A stretch of DNA of 64,000 nucleotides from a virus: IMG/VR virus record IMGVR_UViG_3300042398_000969, positions 32,001 through 96,000 of that record, one strand, 5' to 3'. Positions 1 to 8,952 of the stretch are shown piece after piece. The notes beneath the pieces were generated by a model that saw only the letters and a list, made by a program, of their open reading frames with translations, made no database searches and was not told where the DNA came from. The first letter of the stretch is position 1; every line of letters begins with the position of its first letter. The translations under genes were made by a program, and so were the position numbers.

Positions 1-2329
1 AATCGAAAAGTAATGACCCGGAAACTGTTGGTGATGAACCACTGTCTATAACCGCTAATCCACCAAATCTTGTACCTGGGTTTTGTACGTTGACAGTTAT
101 AATATTTGTACCAATGTTTAAGGTGCTTTGAGAAATAAAATTGATTGATGATGAACCACCAATAAGTAAGTTTTGTGAAACGTATAAAGATCCTGTAATT
201 GTTTGATCGCCTTGGAATACATTTGATCCGGTAGTTGCATAACTACCGGTTTTACCTTCAATAGAATCTAATCTATTATTTTGATTTAAATTTACTGTTG
301 CAACAGATGAAGATAAACTTCCAATACTTGAACTTAGTCCTGATGTTGTTGTTGCAACGCTTGAACTTAAAGAACTTATTGATAATGTTAATCCAGACGT
401 TGTTGTAGCAATACTAGAACTTAATCCATTTGTTGTTGTTGCAACAGAAGAACTTAATCCATTAATTGCAGTATTGATACTAGAACTTAATTCTCCAACA
501 CTTGTAGATATACTTGAACTAAATGTCGAATAACCGGTAGTTCCCGTAATTAAAACTTGTGCACTACCAGATATTACTGATTCAGTATTAAGTTTAGTTT
601 TAATTGTTGTATCAATAGAAGATGTGAATGAATTCAACGAACCCGTTGATGTTTCAATACTGGTTAATCTACTATTTTGAGTATCATTAGTTGAACTAAG
701 TGATGAAGATATACTTCCAATACTTGAACTTAACCCAGATGTTGTTGTAGCCACCGATGAACTTAATGTATTAATAGATGTACTAACACTAGAACTTAAT
801 GATCCAATACTTGTAGATATACTTGAACTAAATGTTGAATATCCTGTGGTACCTGTGATTAATACTTGAACACTTCCAGATATAATAGATTCACCATTAA
901 GTTTATTTTTAATTGTGGTATCGATCGAACTACTGAATGTGTTTAAACTACTTGTTGTTGATTCAATACTACTTAGTTTATTATTTTGTGTATCATTAAT
1001 AGAACTAAATGATGATGATAAAACACCAACACTAGAACTTAACCCCGATGTTGTTGTGGCAACAGAAGAACTTAATGAACCTATAGATGAACTAAGACCT
1101 GATGTCACACTTTCAACAGATGAACTTAAAGAACCTATACTTGAACTTAGTCCTGATGTTGTTGTTGCAATACTAGAACTTAATGCTCCGATGCTTGTAG
1201 AGATACTTGAACTAAATGTAGAATATCCAGTTGTTCCTGTAATATTAACCTGAATTGAACCAGAAATAACATTTTCTTCGTTCATCTCATTCTTAATTCT
1301 GGTGTCTATTGAATTGGTGAATGTATTATATGATGATGTAGAATTTTCAATAGCAAATAGTCTACCATCGTTTGATGATGTATATGCCTGAAAAGTTGTT
1401 TCATCTAATTTACCTGTACCAATTGCTTGACCATTTAATGTAATAGAACCAGTTATATTAACTGAGCCGGTAACGTTATGAGATCCACTAATATCGACGG
1501 ACCCAGTAACAACCAATGAGCCACTTGTTCTTTGAATATTTGTAAAGTTGTTTGACCCGGTTGTGGCAAGTGCAGTTGTATCTACGTTAATGAGACCAAT
1601 ACTAGATTGACCATGTAGAAAATCCGAATATACTGTTATAGCATTACCCATACCAACATGAAAGTCGCAGTAATAATAGAGTGTTGCAGCAGTAGCATCG
1701 GTAACCTCAACTTCAATATAGAAAGGGTCAGCATTAGTTGTTACTCCGGTGGTATATTCCGTACCTCCATTGTGTCTCCCGTTGTCAATTAAAGAGAAAC
1801 GTAATGGATGCTGCCCTATGTTATTATAATAAAATCTATATTTGAATCCCCTAATGAAGGATAACCTTGGGTTTCTAACCCCGTTAATAAAGTATTTCCC
1901 ACCCCCATCTGTTAGGGTTATATCAACAATGTTGTTACTACCTAAATTTACTTTATTAAGTTTTAACGCCCCTGTGATTTCAGTATTTGAGTTAACTTTT
2001 AAACCGTTTGCAGAAGAAATGGATGCGGTAGCACTACCATCAGCAATTCTTGTTAAATTAAGCCCCGTAACCCCACTAGCAGGGATATTATATAATTTAG
2101 ACCCGTCACCATTAAAAGAACCTGTAAAAGATCCAGTGGTGTAGGATGAGGTAAAAGCCCCAAAACTAGATGTTAATGTGTAATTTGCAGCATGTGATGT
2201 AGAAACGGCGTTTTGTGATGTACCAGAAATTGTGGCAAATAATGTGCCTATTACTCTTAAATCACCAGAAATTTCTCCTGAACCAGATACTGATAGGGAG
2301 CCCGATATGTGTGGATCAAATATATTCAT
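1..2329 (-). CDS. Ser/Thr-rich tail-fibre-like protein with cupredoxin-like domain (3' end beyond window)
   Basis: Not in the ORF track. Manual translation from ATG at 2329: MNIFDPHISGSLSVSGSG...GQHPLRF...LYYYCDFHVGMGNAITV...SSSVATTTSGLSSSIGSL repeats...RFGGLAVIDSGSSPTVSGSLLFD, open to the edge. Paralogous to 35035..39135. Confidence 0.85.
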   Translation of the reverse strand, partial: MNIFDPHISGSLSVSGSGEISGDLRVIGTLFATISGTSQNAVSTSHAANYTLTSSFGAFTSSYTTGSFTGSFNGDGSKLYNIPASGVTGLNLTRIADGSATASISSANGLKVNSNTEITGALKLNKVNLGSNNIVDITLTDGGGKYFINGVRNPRLSFIRGFKYRFYYNNIGQHPLRFSLIDNGRHNGGTEYTTGVTTNADPFYIEVEVTDATAATLYYYCDFHVGMGNAITVYSDFLHGQSSIGLINVDTTALATTGSNNFTNIQRTSGSLVVTGSVDISGSHNVTGSVNITGSITLNGQAIGTGKLDETTFQAYTSSNDGRLFAIENSTSSYNTFTNSIDTRIKNEMNEENVISGSIQVNITGTTGYSTFSSSISTSIGALSSSIATTTSGLSSSIGSLSSSVESVTSGLSSSIGSLSSSVATTTSGLSSSVGVLSSSFSSINDTQNNKLSSIESTTSSLNTFSSSIDTTIKNKLNGESIISGSVQVLITGTTGYSTFSSSISTSIGSLSSSVSTSINTLSSSVATTTSGLSSSIGSISSSLSSTNDTQNSRLTSIETSTGSLNSFTSSIDTTIKTKLNTESVISGSAQVLITGTTGYSTFSSSISTSVGELSSSINTAINGLSSSVATTTNGLSSSIATTTSGLTLSISSLSSSVATTTSGLSSSIGSLSSSVATVNLNQNNRLDSIEGKTGSYATTGSNVFQGDQTITGSLYVSQNLLIGGSSSINFISQSTLNIGTNIITVNVQNPGTRFGGLAVIDSGSSPTVSGSLLFD

Positions 2330-2353
2330 CTAAATATGGTATTATTTACTTAG

Positions 2354-2360
2354 ATAAATA
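2354..2360 (-). promoter_or_regulatory. TATTTAT putative late-promoter motif
   Basis: Sense-strand GTATTTATC ~25 nt upstream of the fibre ATG; the same motif recurs before many structural genes. Confidence 0.55.
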
Positions 2361-2411
2361 CTTTGGTTGTGGGTTATTCTTTCTGAATTAGTTATGAATT
2401 GAATTTATAAT

Positions 2412-3071
2412 TTAAATCATTTTTCTGTGGGTCACATCTATTCTAACCCTTATATTTGGGGATAATATATATTTTTCATAATGGGCTTGGATTAATTTTA
2501 ACCCCAAATATTCCAATAAGTCGTTTATTGTACCCTCATCGTGCTTTTCATATATATCTTCGTAATAAAATAATGGGTATTTTTTATTTTGTGATAGGTT
2601 ATGTAAAATATCACTAGATTCGTTATATCTTTTAATCATAGTTTCAATATATGAAGGTTTAATTTTTGTCATGTCATATATTTTTGGGACATGCCATCCA
2701 ACCCCTCTTTCCCTACTCCATGTTTCATTGATAGTAAAACTTTCCGCCTGATGAGTTTTATTTTTTCTATCTAATATCACAATTTTATCAAAGAATGTGT
2801 CACACCATTCAAAATATTCATGTACATTATTGAAGTTTTTTCTTGGGAATTCGTCATAACCAACGATTAATAAGTTTTTTACTAAAATATTATCATAACT
2901 TAATAACGGTTCTATTGTGTCACAATCAAATTTATCAAAATAATCTTTATAATTAGAATCGTTATATGGTTCCATAAACATTTTGTAATTCGGTAATTCT
3001 ATATGCGAATCAATAAACTTAGTCAAGGACGTTGACCCACTTCTTGGGGTTGCCAATATTAAAATTTTCAT
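2412..3071 (-). CDS. Sulfotransferase-like protein (PAPS-binding P-loop fold)
   Basis: N-terminal ATPRSGSTSL 5'-PSB-like loop, EP motif, DR...QAES 3'-PB-like segment, FYYED; paralog of 7487..8104. Confidence 0.65.
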   Translation of the reverse strand: MKILILATPRSGSTSLTKFIDSHIELPNYKMFMEPYNDSNYKDYFDKFDCDTIEPLLSYDNILVKNLLIVGYDEFPRKNFNNVHEYFEWCDTFFDKIVILDRKNKTHQAESFTINETWSRERGVGWHVPKIYDMTKIKPSYIETMIKRYNESSDILHNLSQNKKYPLFYYEDIYEKHDEGTINDLLEYLGLKLIQAHYEKYILSPNIRVRIDVTHRKMI

Positions 3072-3586
3072 AAAAGATTTCTAGATTTCATTCTAAACTT
3101 ATGTATAAACATAGCAATTGCCCATCGTTCTCCGTTTATGATTGGGGTAACTTGGTGTGGTGTTTGGGATTGGTATATGCACACGTTACCTATCTTTTTG
3201 TCGATAAATATAGGTTTATCATTTTCATCGAATACTAAATAATCTCCTCCTTCAAAATCTTCGTTTAATATAATACCAACATTCCATTCCTTTATAGGGG
3301 TTCCTGTATCAATGTGTTTACTGAACTCATCTCCTGATGTATAGTGATGTAAGTTTAACTTTGTCGGTCTTAAAAAAATGTGTAGATTCGTTTCTTTTTC
3401 GAAATAATTACACATTCTATCAATAACCCAATCGATATCGGGTAGGTAATCCAATGCATAAAATTTGTATCTAAAATTGTTAAATTCATCCCATCTACCA
3501 TTGTCACCTAATAATGGGTATTTATCTTTTAAATTTATAATAGATTCACATTCGTCTTTTGTAAATAGGATAGATTGTATTAACAT
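3068..3586 (-). CDS. 2OG-Fe(II) oxygenase (prolyl-hydroxylase-like)
   Basis: HID, LNEDFEGG, HQVTP, GERW facial-triad/2OG-binding pattern. Confidence 0.85.
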   Translation of the reverse strand: MLIQSILFTKDECESIINLKDKYPLLGDNGRWDEFNNFRYKFYALDYLPDIDWVIDRMCNYFEKETNLHIFLRPTKLNLHHYTSGDEFSKHIDTGTPIKEWNVGIILNEDFEGGDYLVFDENDKPIFIDKKIGNVCIYQSQTPHQVTPIINGERWAIAMFIHKFRMKSRNLL

Positions 3587-3614
3587 TTTCTTTATTTATA
3601 TGTTGTTGAATTAC

Positions 3615-4292
3615 TTATATTAGTGAAGTATAATTTTCTTTTCTAATATTTCTAATTTCTTTTATTAGTTGATTATTTGTACCATATTCGGAATGTGGTT
3701 TCCAATTAGTGCCCATCTGAATATATTGAAGTTCTGCATTCCATCTATTTTTATCAACACCGATAATATCTATGGTTTTAGCATATTCACCAGTCAACCA
3801 CCAAAAGTTACCTGAATAAATTATATTTTTAGAGTTATTTACGGTTTCCAATAAAACACCGTATGTGTTAAAATCGGTTCTATCAAATATTTTAAGTACA
3901 TTTTTAACTCTTTCAATGTTAAAATATTGCATTAAATTTCTCCAATTTGACTCCCTATTGTATTTATTTTTGTTTTTTAATTTGGATGCCCCTTTAGTAT
4001 GAAAATAAAAAATATAATCCGAATTTTCAAATATCTCTTTATCTTTTTCTATTAAATTTAAAGTAACAAATTCGTTTCCTCTTGGGTAAATGTCTCTTAT
4101 TATATAATTTGATTTATTGTAATCATGAAATTTTCTTATAATTGAGTCGGTTGGCGGATTATCGTCTGATATTGAGATACCTACATTTAAAATATATGGG
4201 AAATTAAAGTGTTTTTCTATTAAAGAGATTTGTTCATCAATTATTGACTCCACTCCTTCTATTGAATATATGTGATAATAAATTCTTACCAT
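3615..4292 (-). CDS. Putative glycan-modifying/glycosyltransferase-like protein
   Basis: YFHTKG and YSGNFWW motifs, RgpF-like in character; cluster context. Confidence 0.45.
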   Translation of the reverse strand: MVRIYYHIYSIEGVESIIDEQISLIEKHFNFPYILNVGISISDDNPPTDSIIRKFHDYNKSNYIIRDIYPRGNEFVTLNLIEKDKEIFENSDYIFYFHTKGASKLKNKNKYNRESNWRNLMQYFNIERVKNVLKIFDRTDFNTYGVLLETVNNSKNIIYSGNFWWLTGEYAKTIDIIGVDKNRWNAELQYIQMGTNWKPHSEYGTNNQLIKEIRNIRKENYTSLI

Positions 4293-4329
4293 TATAAACT
4301 ATATTATATTTTTTTCCGTTTATAATTAC

Positions 4330-4989
4330 TCATAAAAATTTCACTTTTTTATTGTTATTATAATTTTTAATTAAATCATAAAGATAATTAGACATTTGTT
4401 CGTGACCATGTTCGCTAAAGTGTTTGTCAGATATTTCACCATTTGTTTCATCAAATATTGTTTCTATTTTTTGTGTGATTGGTGTAACAAGCATACCATC
4501 GGTTTCTTGTTTATATGGTGACCAATTAATAATAACGTTATTTGGGTACATTTGATCAATCAATCTAATATATCTGTTTATCTCATCAATATAAATTTGG
4601 TTATTTCTATTAACAACGATTTCATTTAAACAATCAACACAAATATCTGTCATATAAATGATATCGTTTAATTCATCGTTGCTTAAACTATTTGGTCTAA
4701 TTGTTAAGAAATTACCTTTTTTGGATACAATTCTAAATCTTATTGTTGATGACCACCCAATAATAATAATATCATTCGAATTAATTCTACTTAAACTATC
4801 AATTACGGTATCGATAATTGTATAATTATCTGCACCACTAATCCCCATGTTTCTATAGGTAATATTTAATTTATTGGATAAAAAATCTGAAAATACTTTT
4901 GGTACATACCCCTTCCTTTCAACATAACTAGGAACTAGTCGATTATTTTTGGCCGAGAATGAGTCGCCAAAAACCCACAGCTTTGACAT
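4330..4989 (-). CDS. SGNH/GDSL-fold acyl esterase/transferase-like protein
   Basis: FGDSFS block I, G-x-x-G-A-D-N block II, DKHFS block V. Confidence 0.7.
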   Translation of the reverse strand: MSKLWVFGDSFSAKNNRLVPSYVERKGYVPKVFSDFLSNKLNITYRNMGISGADNYTIIDTVIDSLSRINSNDIIIIGWSSTIRFRIVSKKGNFLTIRPNSLSNDELNDIIYMTDICVDCLNEIVVNRNNQIYIDEINRYIRLIDQMYPNNVIINWSPYKQETDGMLVTPITQKIETIFDETNGEISDKHFSEHGHEQMSNYLYDLIKNYNNNKKVKFL

Positions 4990-5000
4990 AAAATAACTAA

Positions 5001-5114
5001 TTAAGAATGTTTATTTCTTATTGCTGTGAATATTGTATGTAATATGTTTAAACAATTAATTTTATCTGTTGTTTGAACCTGTAAAATTGTTGGTCTTTCT
5101 AATAATTTTGCCAT
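5001..5114 (-). CDS. 37-aa small ORF directly downstream of the ATP-grasp-Hint gene
   Basis: Manual translation MAKLLERPTILQVQTTDKINCLNILHTIFTAIRNKHS*. Fills the gap between two genes with ~10-nt spacers and has an A-rich initiation context. Confidence 0.6.
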   Translation of the reverse strand: MAKLLERPTILQVQTTDKINCLNILHTIFTAIRNKHS

Positions 5115-5123
5115 TTTGTTTTA

Positions 5124-6527
5124 TTAAATTTTTTCGAATCGGTTATGCGCAATTACATTAGCCAATAAATTAGCTCCAGTTATACTATTTGAATCGGTAC
5201 CTGCAATGAATACGTCATCCGGTTCTATGTTAATTGTTGTAATATTACCACTATACCATTCTAAATTTATTGATGTAATTTCTGCGGTTACCTGATTTGA
5301 AATAACCAATGAATCAGTGTCTTCAATATCAGTAACTATTTTAAATTTAACTAATCCAGTATTATTTTCTTTAATTAGTAGTTTCTCATTTGTAGTTACC
5401 AATGTACTACCAGTTGATGATTGGAAAGAATATTCAATTTTAGGAAGCCACCCTTGAAATGTGGTGGTTAATTTGTTAACAACTGACGCAGTTGAATATG
5501 TAATTAATTCAGAAATTTCTAATGTAGAAGACCAATTTAAACTTTCATTAGATTTCTCATTTTTATCTAATCCAACTAAAGAAACAGATTTAACGATATC
5601 ACCAATTTCAAGTGAATTTAAATCAACAGAAATTTCTTGATCATCAACAATTTTAATAACATCATATTCACTAGGTATACCAATAGAATTTACTGGATTA
5701 GAGAAATACATAGATCTCCATTTGTTGTCTAATTTAGTGTTAGTGTATGTAGCATTATTTTCATCTAGAGACACCGGATTGGTGTAAACACATCCGCCTA
5801 AATAAATCATAGTTTCGACATCTTCTAACAGTAATGTCCAAGTTCTTATGACATTCGAAATTTTACCGTTTACTAAGGTATTCTCATTAAATTCATATTC
5901 TTGTAACATATTTGTACCGTTAACCGTTGATTTTAAATCATTTAAATCGGTTTCTGTATCAATTTTATAAAATGCCGGATATTCGGTTTTTTCAAAATCA
6001 GGTAATGTCTTTTTAAAAATTATATTTGGGTTTTGATTATTATCAACTAAGTCGTTCAAATTATCGAACATTTTACTATCGTCACTTAAATCTCTAACGC
6101 ACGTTTTTGGTAAAAGGTCTTCGTGATTAGACTCAAATAACAATTTTACCATTTCTGCTTTATCTCGGCAATATATATCATCGATAATTGCGGTAGAATC
6201 ATATGCACATCTCAAATAAAAAGTAGTACTTTCGACATTTACCGATGGGGTTGTTATATCATTATTATTAATAACAATTAGTTCAAGTTCTATGTTATTA
6301 CTATCACAAGCGGATTGAAACTGGTTTATTACAGATTGTCCAATATGTCTCTTTTTATAAACAATAACCAACTTGGTGTACGTATTTGTGGTCAAATATG
6401 TCATTAAATTATCCAATTCCAACAAATGGGACGCCGATTCGTGTAAATCAACGTCTGTGTTTGTTTCCAAAAACTTTATATTGTCCCCCAACTTCAAAAA
6501 ATCGGAGCCTATTAAAACTGCTTTCAT
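5124..6527 (-). CDS. Circularly permuted ATP-grasp-like ligase fused to a C-terminal Hint-like domain
   Basis: N-terminal GSDF...KFLETNT (metal-binding D...ExN at the N-terminus, as in CP-ATP-grasp enzymes), CRDK, LLPKT, NIIFKK, MLQEY. C-terminal LEIGDIVKS...TINIEPDDVFIA...VIAHN followed by RFEKI. Confidence 0.6.
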   Translation of the reverse strand: MKAVLIGSDFLKLGDNIKFLETNTDVDLHESASHLLELDNLMTYLTTNTYTKLVIVYKKRHIGQSVINQFQSACDSNNIELELIVINNNDITTPSVNVESTTFYLRCAYDSTAIIDDIYCRDKAEMVKLLFESNHEDLLPKTCVRDLSDDSKMFDNLNDLVDNNQNPNIIFKKTLPDFEKTEYPAFYKIDTETDLNDLKSTVNGTNMLQEYEFNENTLVNGKISNVIRTWTLLLEDVETMIYLGGCVYTNPVSLDENNATYTNTKLDNKWRSMYFSNPVNSIGIPSEYDVIKIVDDQEISVDLNSLEIGDIVKSVSLVGLDKNEKSNESLNWSSTLEISELITYSTASVVNKLTTTFQGWLPKIEYSFQSSTGSTLVTTNEKLLIKENNTGLVKFKIVTDIEDTDSLVISNQVTAEITSINLEWYSGNITTINIEPDDVFIAGTDSNSITGANLLANVIAHNRFEKI

Positions 6528-6540
6528 GTGCTTTCTTTTT

Positions 6541-6548
6541 TATAAATA
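6541..6548 (-). promoter_or_regulatory. TATTTATA putative late-promoter motif
   Basis: 13 nt upstream of the ATG at 6527; same motif as in front of the fibre genes. Confidence 0.5.
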
Positions 6549-6646
6549 TTTATCATTTGTCTTTCTAATTAGTTCCTCCAATAAAATTTCTCACTTTATT
6601 CATATATTAACAATTTATTCAATGTATATGAAATCAAAGTACTTAT

Positions 6647-6859
6647 TTACTTATCGTTTAACCCATATTTTATCCATTTATACCAAATTCTTTCGTGTAA
6701 ATAATATTGGATAGGTTTATATACCAATTCAGCAATCCCAAAAGCGGTACCTATTTTATAATCACCACTTACCCACCAAACTATAGCAAAACCAACTAGA
6801 GTTGATATAATTCGGTATGAGATTGTTTTAGCTATGTGTCTTTTCCTTTGTACTATCAT
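6647..6859 (-). CDS. DUF2061-like small membrane protein
   Basis: KTISYRI...YYLHERIW pattern with hydrophobic segments; this family is often found next to cysC. Confidence 0.7.
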   Translation of the reverse strand: MIVQRKRHIAKTISYRIISTLVGFAIVWWVSGDYKIGTAFGIAELVYKPIQYYLHERIWYKWIKYGLNDK

Positions 6860-7503
6860 ATCAATTTTTTTATATCTGAACGTTTAACAAACGATTTACC
6901 ATCAAATGTGGTATATTTCAATTCATATCCATGTCTAAATGCCCTGTTATTACTATATGGTAGCGATTCCACCTCATCTGACGTTAGTTTATGTCTAACC
7001 GCGTTAAAAATTTGATTTTCAACAGGAGTTTGAAAAAAACCGACAATGGTTCCATCTTTACAATTTGGTTTTACATAATCTAAAAATTTAGAAATATTTG
7101 GGTCCAAATGTGTATCATGTAAAATACCATCAAACTTTGATTGTAGTGTTGGTAGGACATCGACCCAATCACCTAAAATTATTTTCACATTTGGTTTGTC
7201 TTCAGCCCATTGTAAAGCATTTTTAAACATCTCAGGATGGATTTCAATTATTATGTGTGACGTCACATTTGGGTTAGATTGAACAGCGTCAGCTGACAAA
7301 TGCATGCCGAATCCAATTTCAAGTATGTCTCCACCATTTTTTGTAACTATATCGGCTAACTTATACATCAAAGATTCTTCACCATTGTGCATCACATAGT
7401 CATTTTTTAATCCATCTATTCTAATATCATTAGTGGATATTGATATTTTTTCGTCTCCTTTCATAATTAATTTTGAATACAAATTTTCATAAAAATTTAT
7501 CAT
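6856..7503 (-). CDS. Class I SAM methyltransferase, GAMT/Rmt2-like
   Basis: VM...EE..M, ILEIGFGM, HIIIEIHP, GDW, FDGILHDT. Confidence 0.75.
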   Translation of the reverse strand: MINFYENLYSKLIMKGDEKISISTNDIRIDGLKNDYVMHNGEESLMYKLADIVTKNGGDILEIGFGMHLSADAVQSNPNVTSHIIIEIHPEMFKNALQWAEDKPNVKIILGDWVDVLPTLQSKFDGILHDTHLDPNISKFLDYVKPNCKDGTIVGFFQTPVENQIFNAVRHKLTSDEVESLPYSNNRAFRHGYELKYTTFDGKSFVKRSDIKKLI

Positions 7504-8104
7504 ATTTTTCTGAAATTCTTACCTTTTTATCATCTGATATTAACCAATTATTAATCGATTCTTCAATGGGTTTTAATTCCAAATAATCAAAAATTTCATT
7601 TATTACTGAGGTGTTTTTATTAACAAAAATATCCTCATAATAATATATTTTTTTATTATAATTTTCTGAAAATGATTCTAACGCATCTGAAACAACTATC
7701 AAATTTAGTTCCCATTCATTAAATGTATCTTTAGGGATTGAATTTAAATAATAAACTCGTTTTCTTTTGTGTCTATCTTTAATTTTATTTACGGTGTGAT
7801 ATATAAAACTTTCACTTTGTTCTATTTTGTTTATTCTATCAAGAATAATAACTTTATCAAATGTTTCGAAAATAGATTCATAAAATAATTTCGAATTTTC
7901 TTTGACATTTGATGGTGTTTGACCCAATAACATTTTAAGTAGAACATTTTTATCGTCATCACAAAATGATAGATTTTCTTCAATTTTATAATGTCGGTCT
8001 AGGGGTTCCTCCAAGAAAGTATAATCATCAGTTAAGTGTTCTTTAATACAATTAAATAATGATGATGATCCACATCTACCTGATGCCATTATACATATTC
8101 TCAT
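7487..8104 (-). CDS. Sulfotransferase-like protein
   Basis: SGRCGSSSL loop, EEP, LDR...EQSES, YYED; paralog of 2412..3071. Confidence 0.65.
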   Translation of the reverse strand: MRICIMASGRCGSSSLFNCIKEHLTDDYTFLEEPLDRHYKIEENLSFCDDDKNVLLKMLLGQTPSNVKENSKLFYESIFETFDKVIILDRINKIEQSESFIYHTVNKIKDRHKRKRVYYLNSIPKDTFNEWELNLIVVSDALESFSENYNKKIYYYEDIFVNKNTSVINEIFDYLELKPIEESINNWLISDDKKVRISEKYDKFL

Positions 8105-8484
8105 TACCCTTTAGTTTTATCATATGTTATTTTCCCATCTGAAGTCATATGTCCCGTTCTAATTGCGGTACCACTAATTTGTCCAATATCGGTTGGTGGT
8201 TCGTGGTAAATTACATCATACCCAACTCCTCTACCATAATTTACGGATTCAATATCGGGAATAATTGATAATAGAATTTTATTAAAGTTTTCATTGAAAA
8301 ATGGTTCCTGTATTAACATCTGAAACACCTCTTGAGCGGTCTTTGGGTTGTTTTCATCCACCTCAACATCTCTAATTGCCACCCACACATTCTTACCTTT
8401 TTGTAATTGTTGGTTAATAAGCCATTCGTGACCTTTGTGCCAATTTTGCCATCTTCCGATGTACATTGCGTACTTTTTACTCAT
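8104..8484 (-). CDS. HIGH-class nucleotidyltransferase (cytidylyltransferase-like; candidate minimal ATP sulfurylase)
   Basis: GRWQNWHKGH (HxGH) and ISGTAIR motifs; translationally coupled to cysC. Confidence 0.7.
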   Translation of the reverse strand: MSKKYAMYIGRWQNWHKGHEWLINQQLQKGKNVWVAIRDVEVDENNPKTAQEVFQMLIQEPFFNENFNKILLSIIPDIESVNYGRGVGYDVIYHEPPTDIGQISGTAIRTGHMTSDGKITYDKTKG

Positions 8485-8915
8485 AGTGATAATTTTTTTA
8501 ACAGTTCATAATATGAATCTGTTTCGTTTTTTATTGTTGTGTCTATATCTATAAAATTCTCTAAAGGTGGTTCGTACTCCCCAACATGGAATTCATTCCT
8601 ACCTCTATCCTCTGTGGTGTGCACATAAATCTCAACAACCGATGTGCTGAACTTAAAAGACTCTCTTTGGTCTCTATACGGTGAAACTAAGGACACAATT
8701 ACATTATGTCCTTTACTGTGCATGAATTGTGCAATGTATTGTGCTCTTTGGATGTTTAATCTTCTTCCTGTGATGGAATAGTCTTTATTCTTAAAGATGT
8801 CTCTTAGGTCGTCTCCATCGATGTGAATAACCTTGTCTTTAGGGAAATATTCTACTAAGTATTTTGCTAGGGTTGTTTTACCTGCTCCGGGTTGCCCTGT
8901 TAACCAATATATCAT
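8481..8915 (-). CDS. cysC: Adenylyl-sulfate (APS) kinase
   Basis: WLTGQPGAGKTT P-loop, IDGDDLR, DYSxxGR, SLVSPY, YEPP. Confidence 0.85.
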   Translation of the reverse strand: MIYWLTGQPGAGKTTLAKYLVEYFPKDKVIHIDGDDLRDIFKNKDYSITGRRLNIQRAQYIAQFMHSKGHNVIVSLVSPYRDQRESFKFSTSVVEIYVHTTEDRGRNEFHVGEYEPPLENFIDIDTTIKNETDSYYELLKKLSL

Positions 8916-8920
8916 AATGG

Positions 8921-8950
8921 TAATATAGTTAATTAATTAGAAAAAATAAA
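8921..8950 (-). promoter_or_regulatory. T-tract...TATATTA putative promoter
   Basis: TATATTA ends 5 nt before the ATG, with a T-rich tract ~15-25 nt upstream; the architecture recurs at 32927, 61644 and 62608. Confidence 0.45.
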
Positions 8951-8952
8951 GA

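Noticed and set aside
280-1260. Periodic DNA repeats resembling a CRISPR or tandem array
   Set aside because: The repeats are degenerate at third codon positions and in frame with protein repeats; there are no unique spacers and no cas genes.
915-2144. Plus-strand ORFs 915..1253 and 1842..2144
   Set aside because: They are antisense shadows of the Ser/Thr-repeat fibre gene 1..2329; the ELN/VVVATEE periodicity mirrors the SSS/TTT codons.
5142-5681. Canonical splicing intein
   Set aside because: No evident Cys1, no block-B His, no Cys/Ser/Thr at +1 (it is Arg) and no endonuclease domain; treated as a cleavage-type Hint domain at most.
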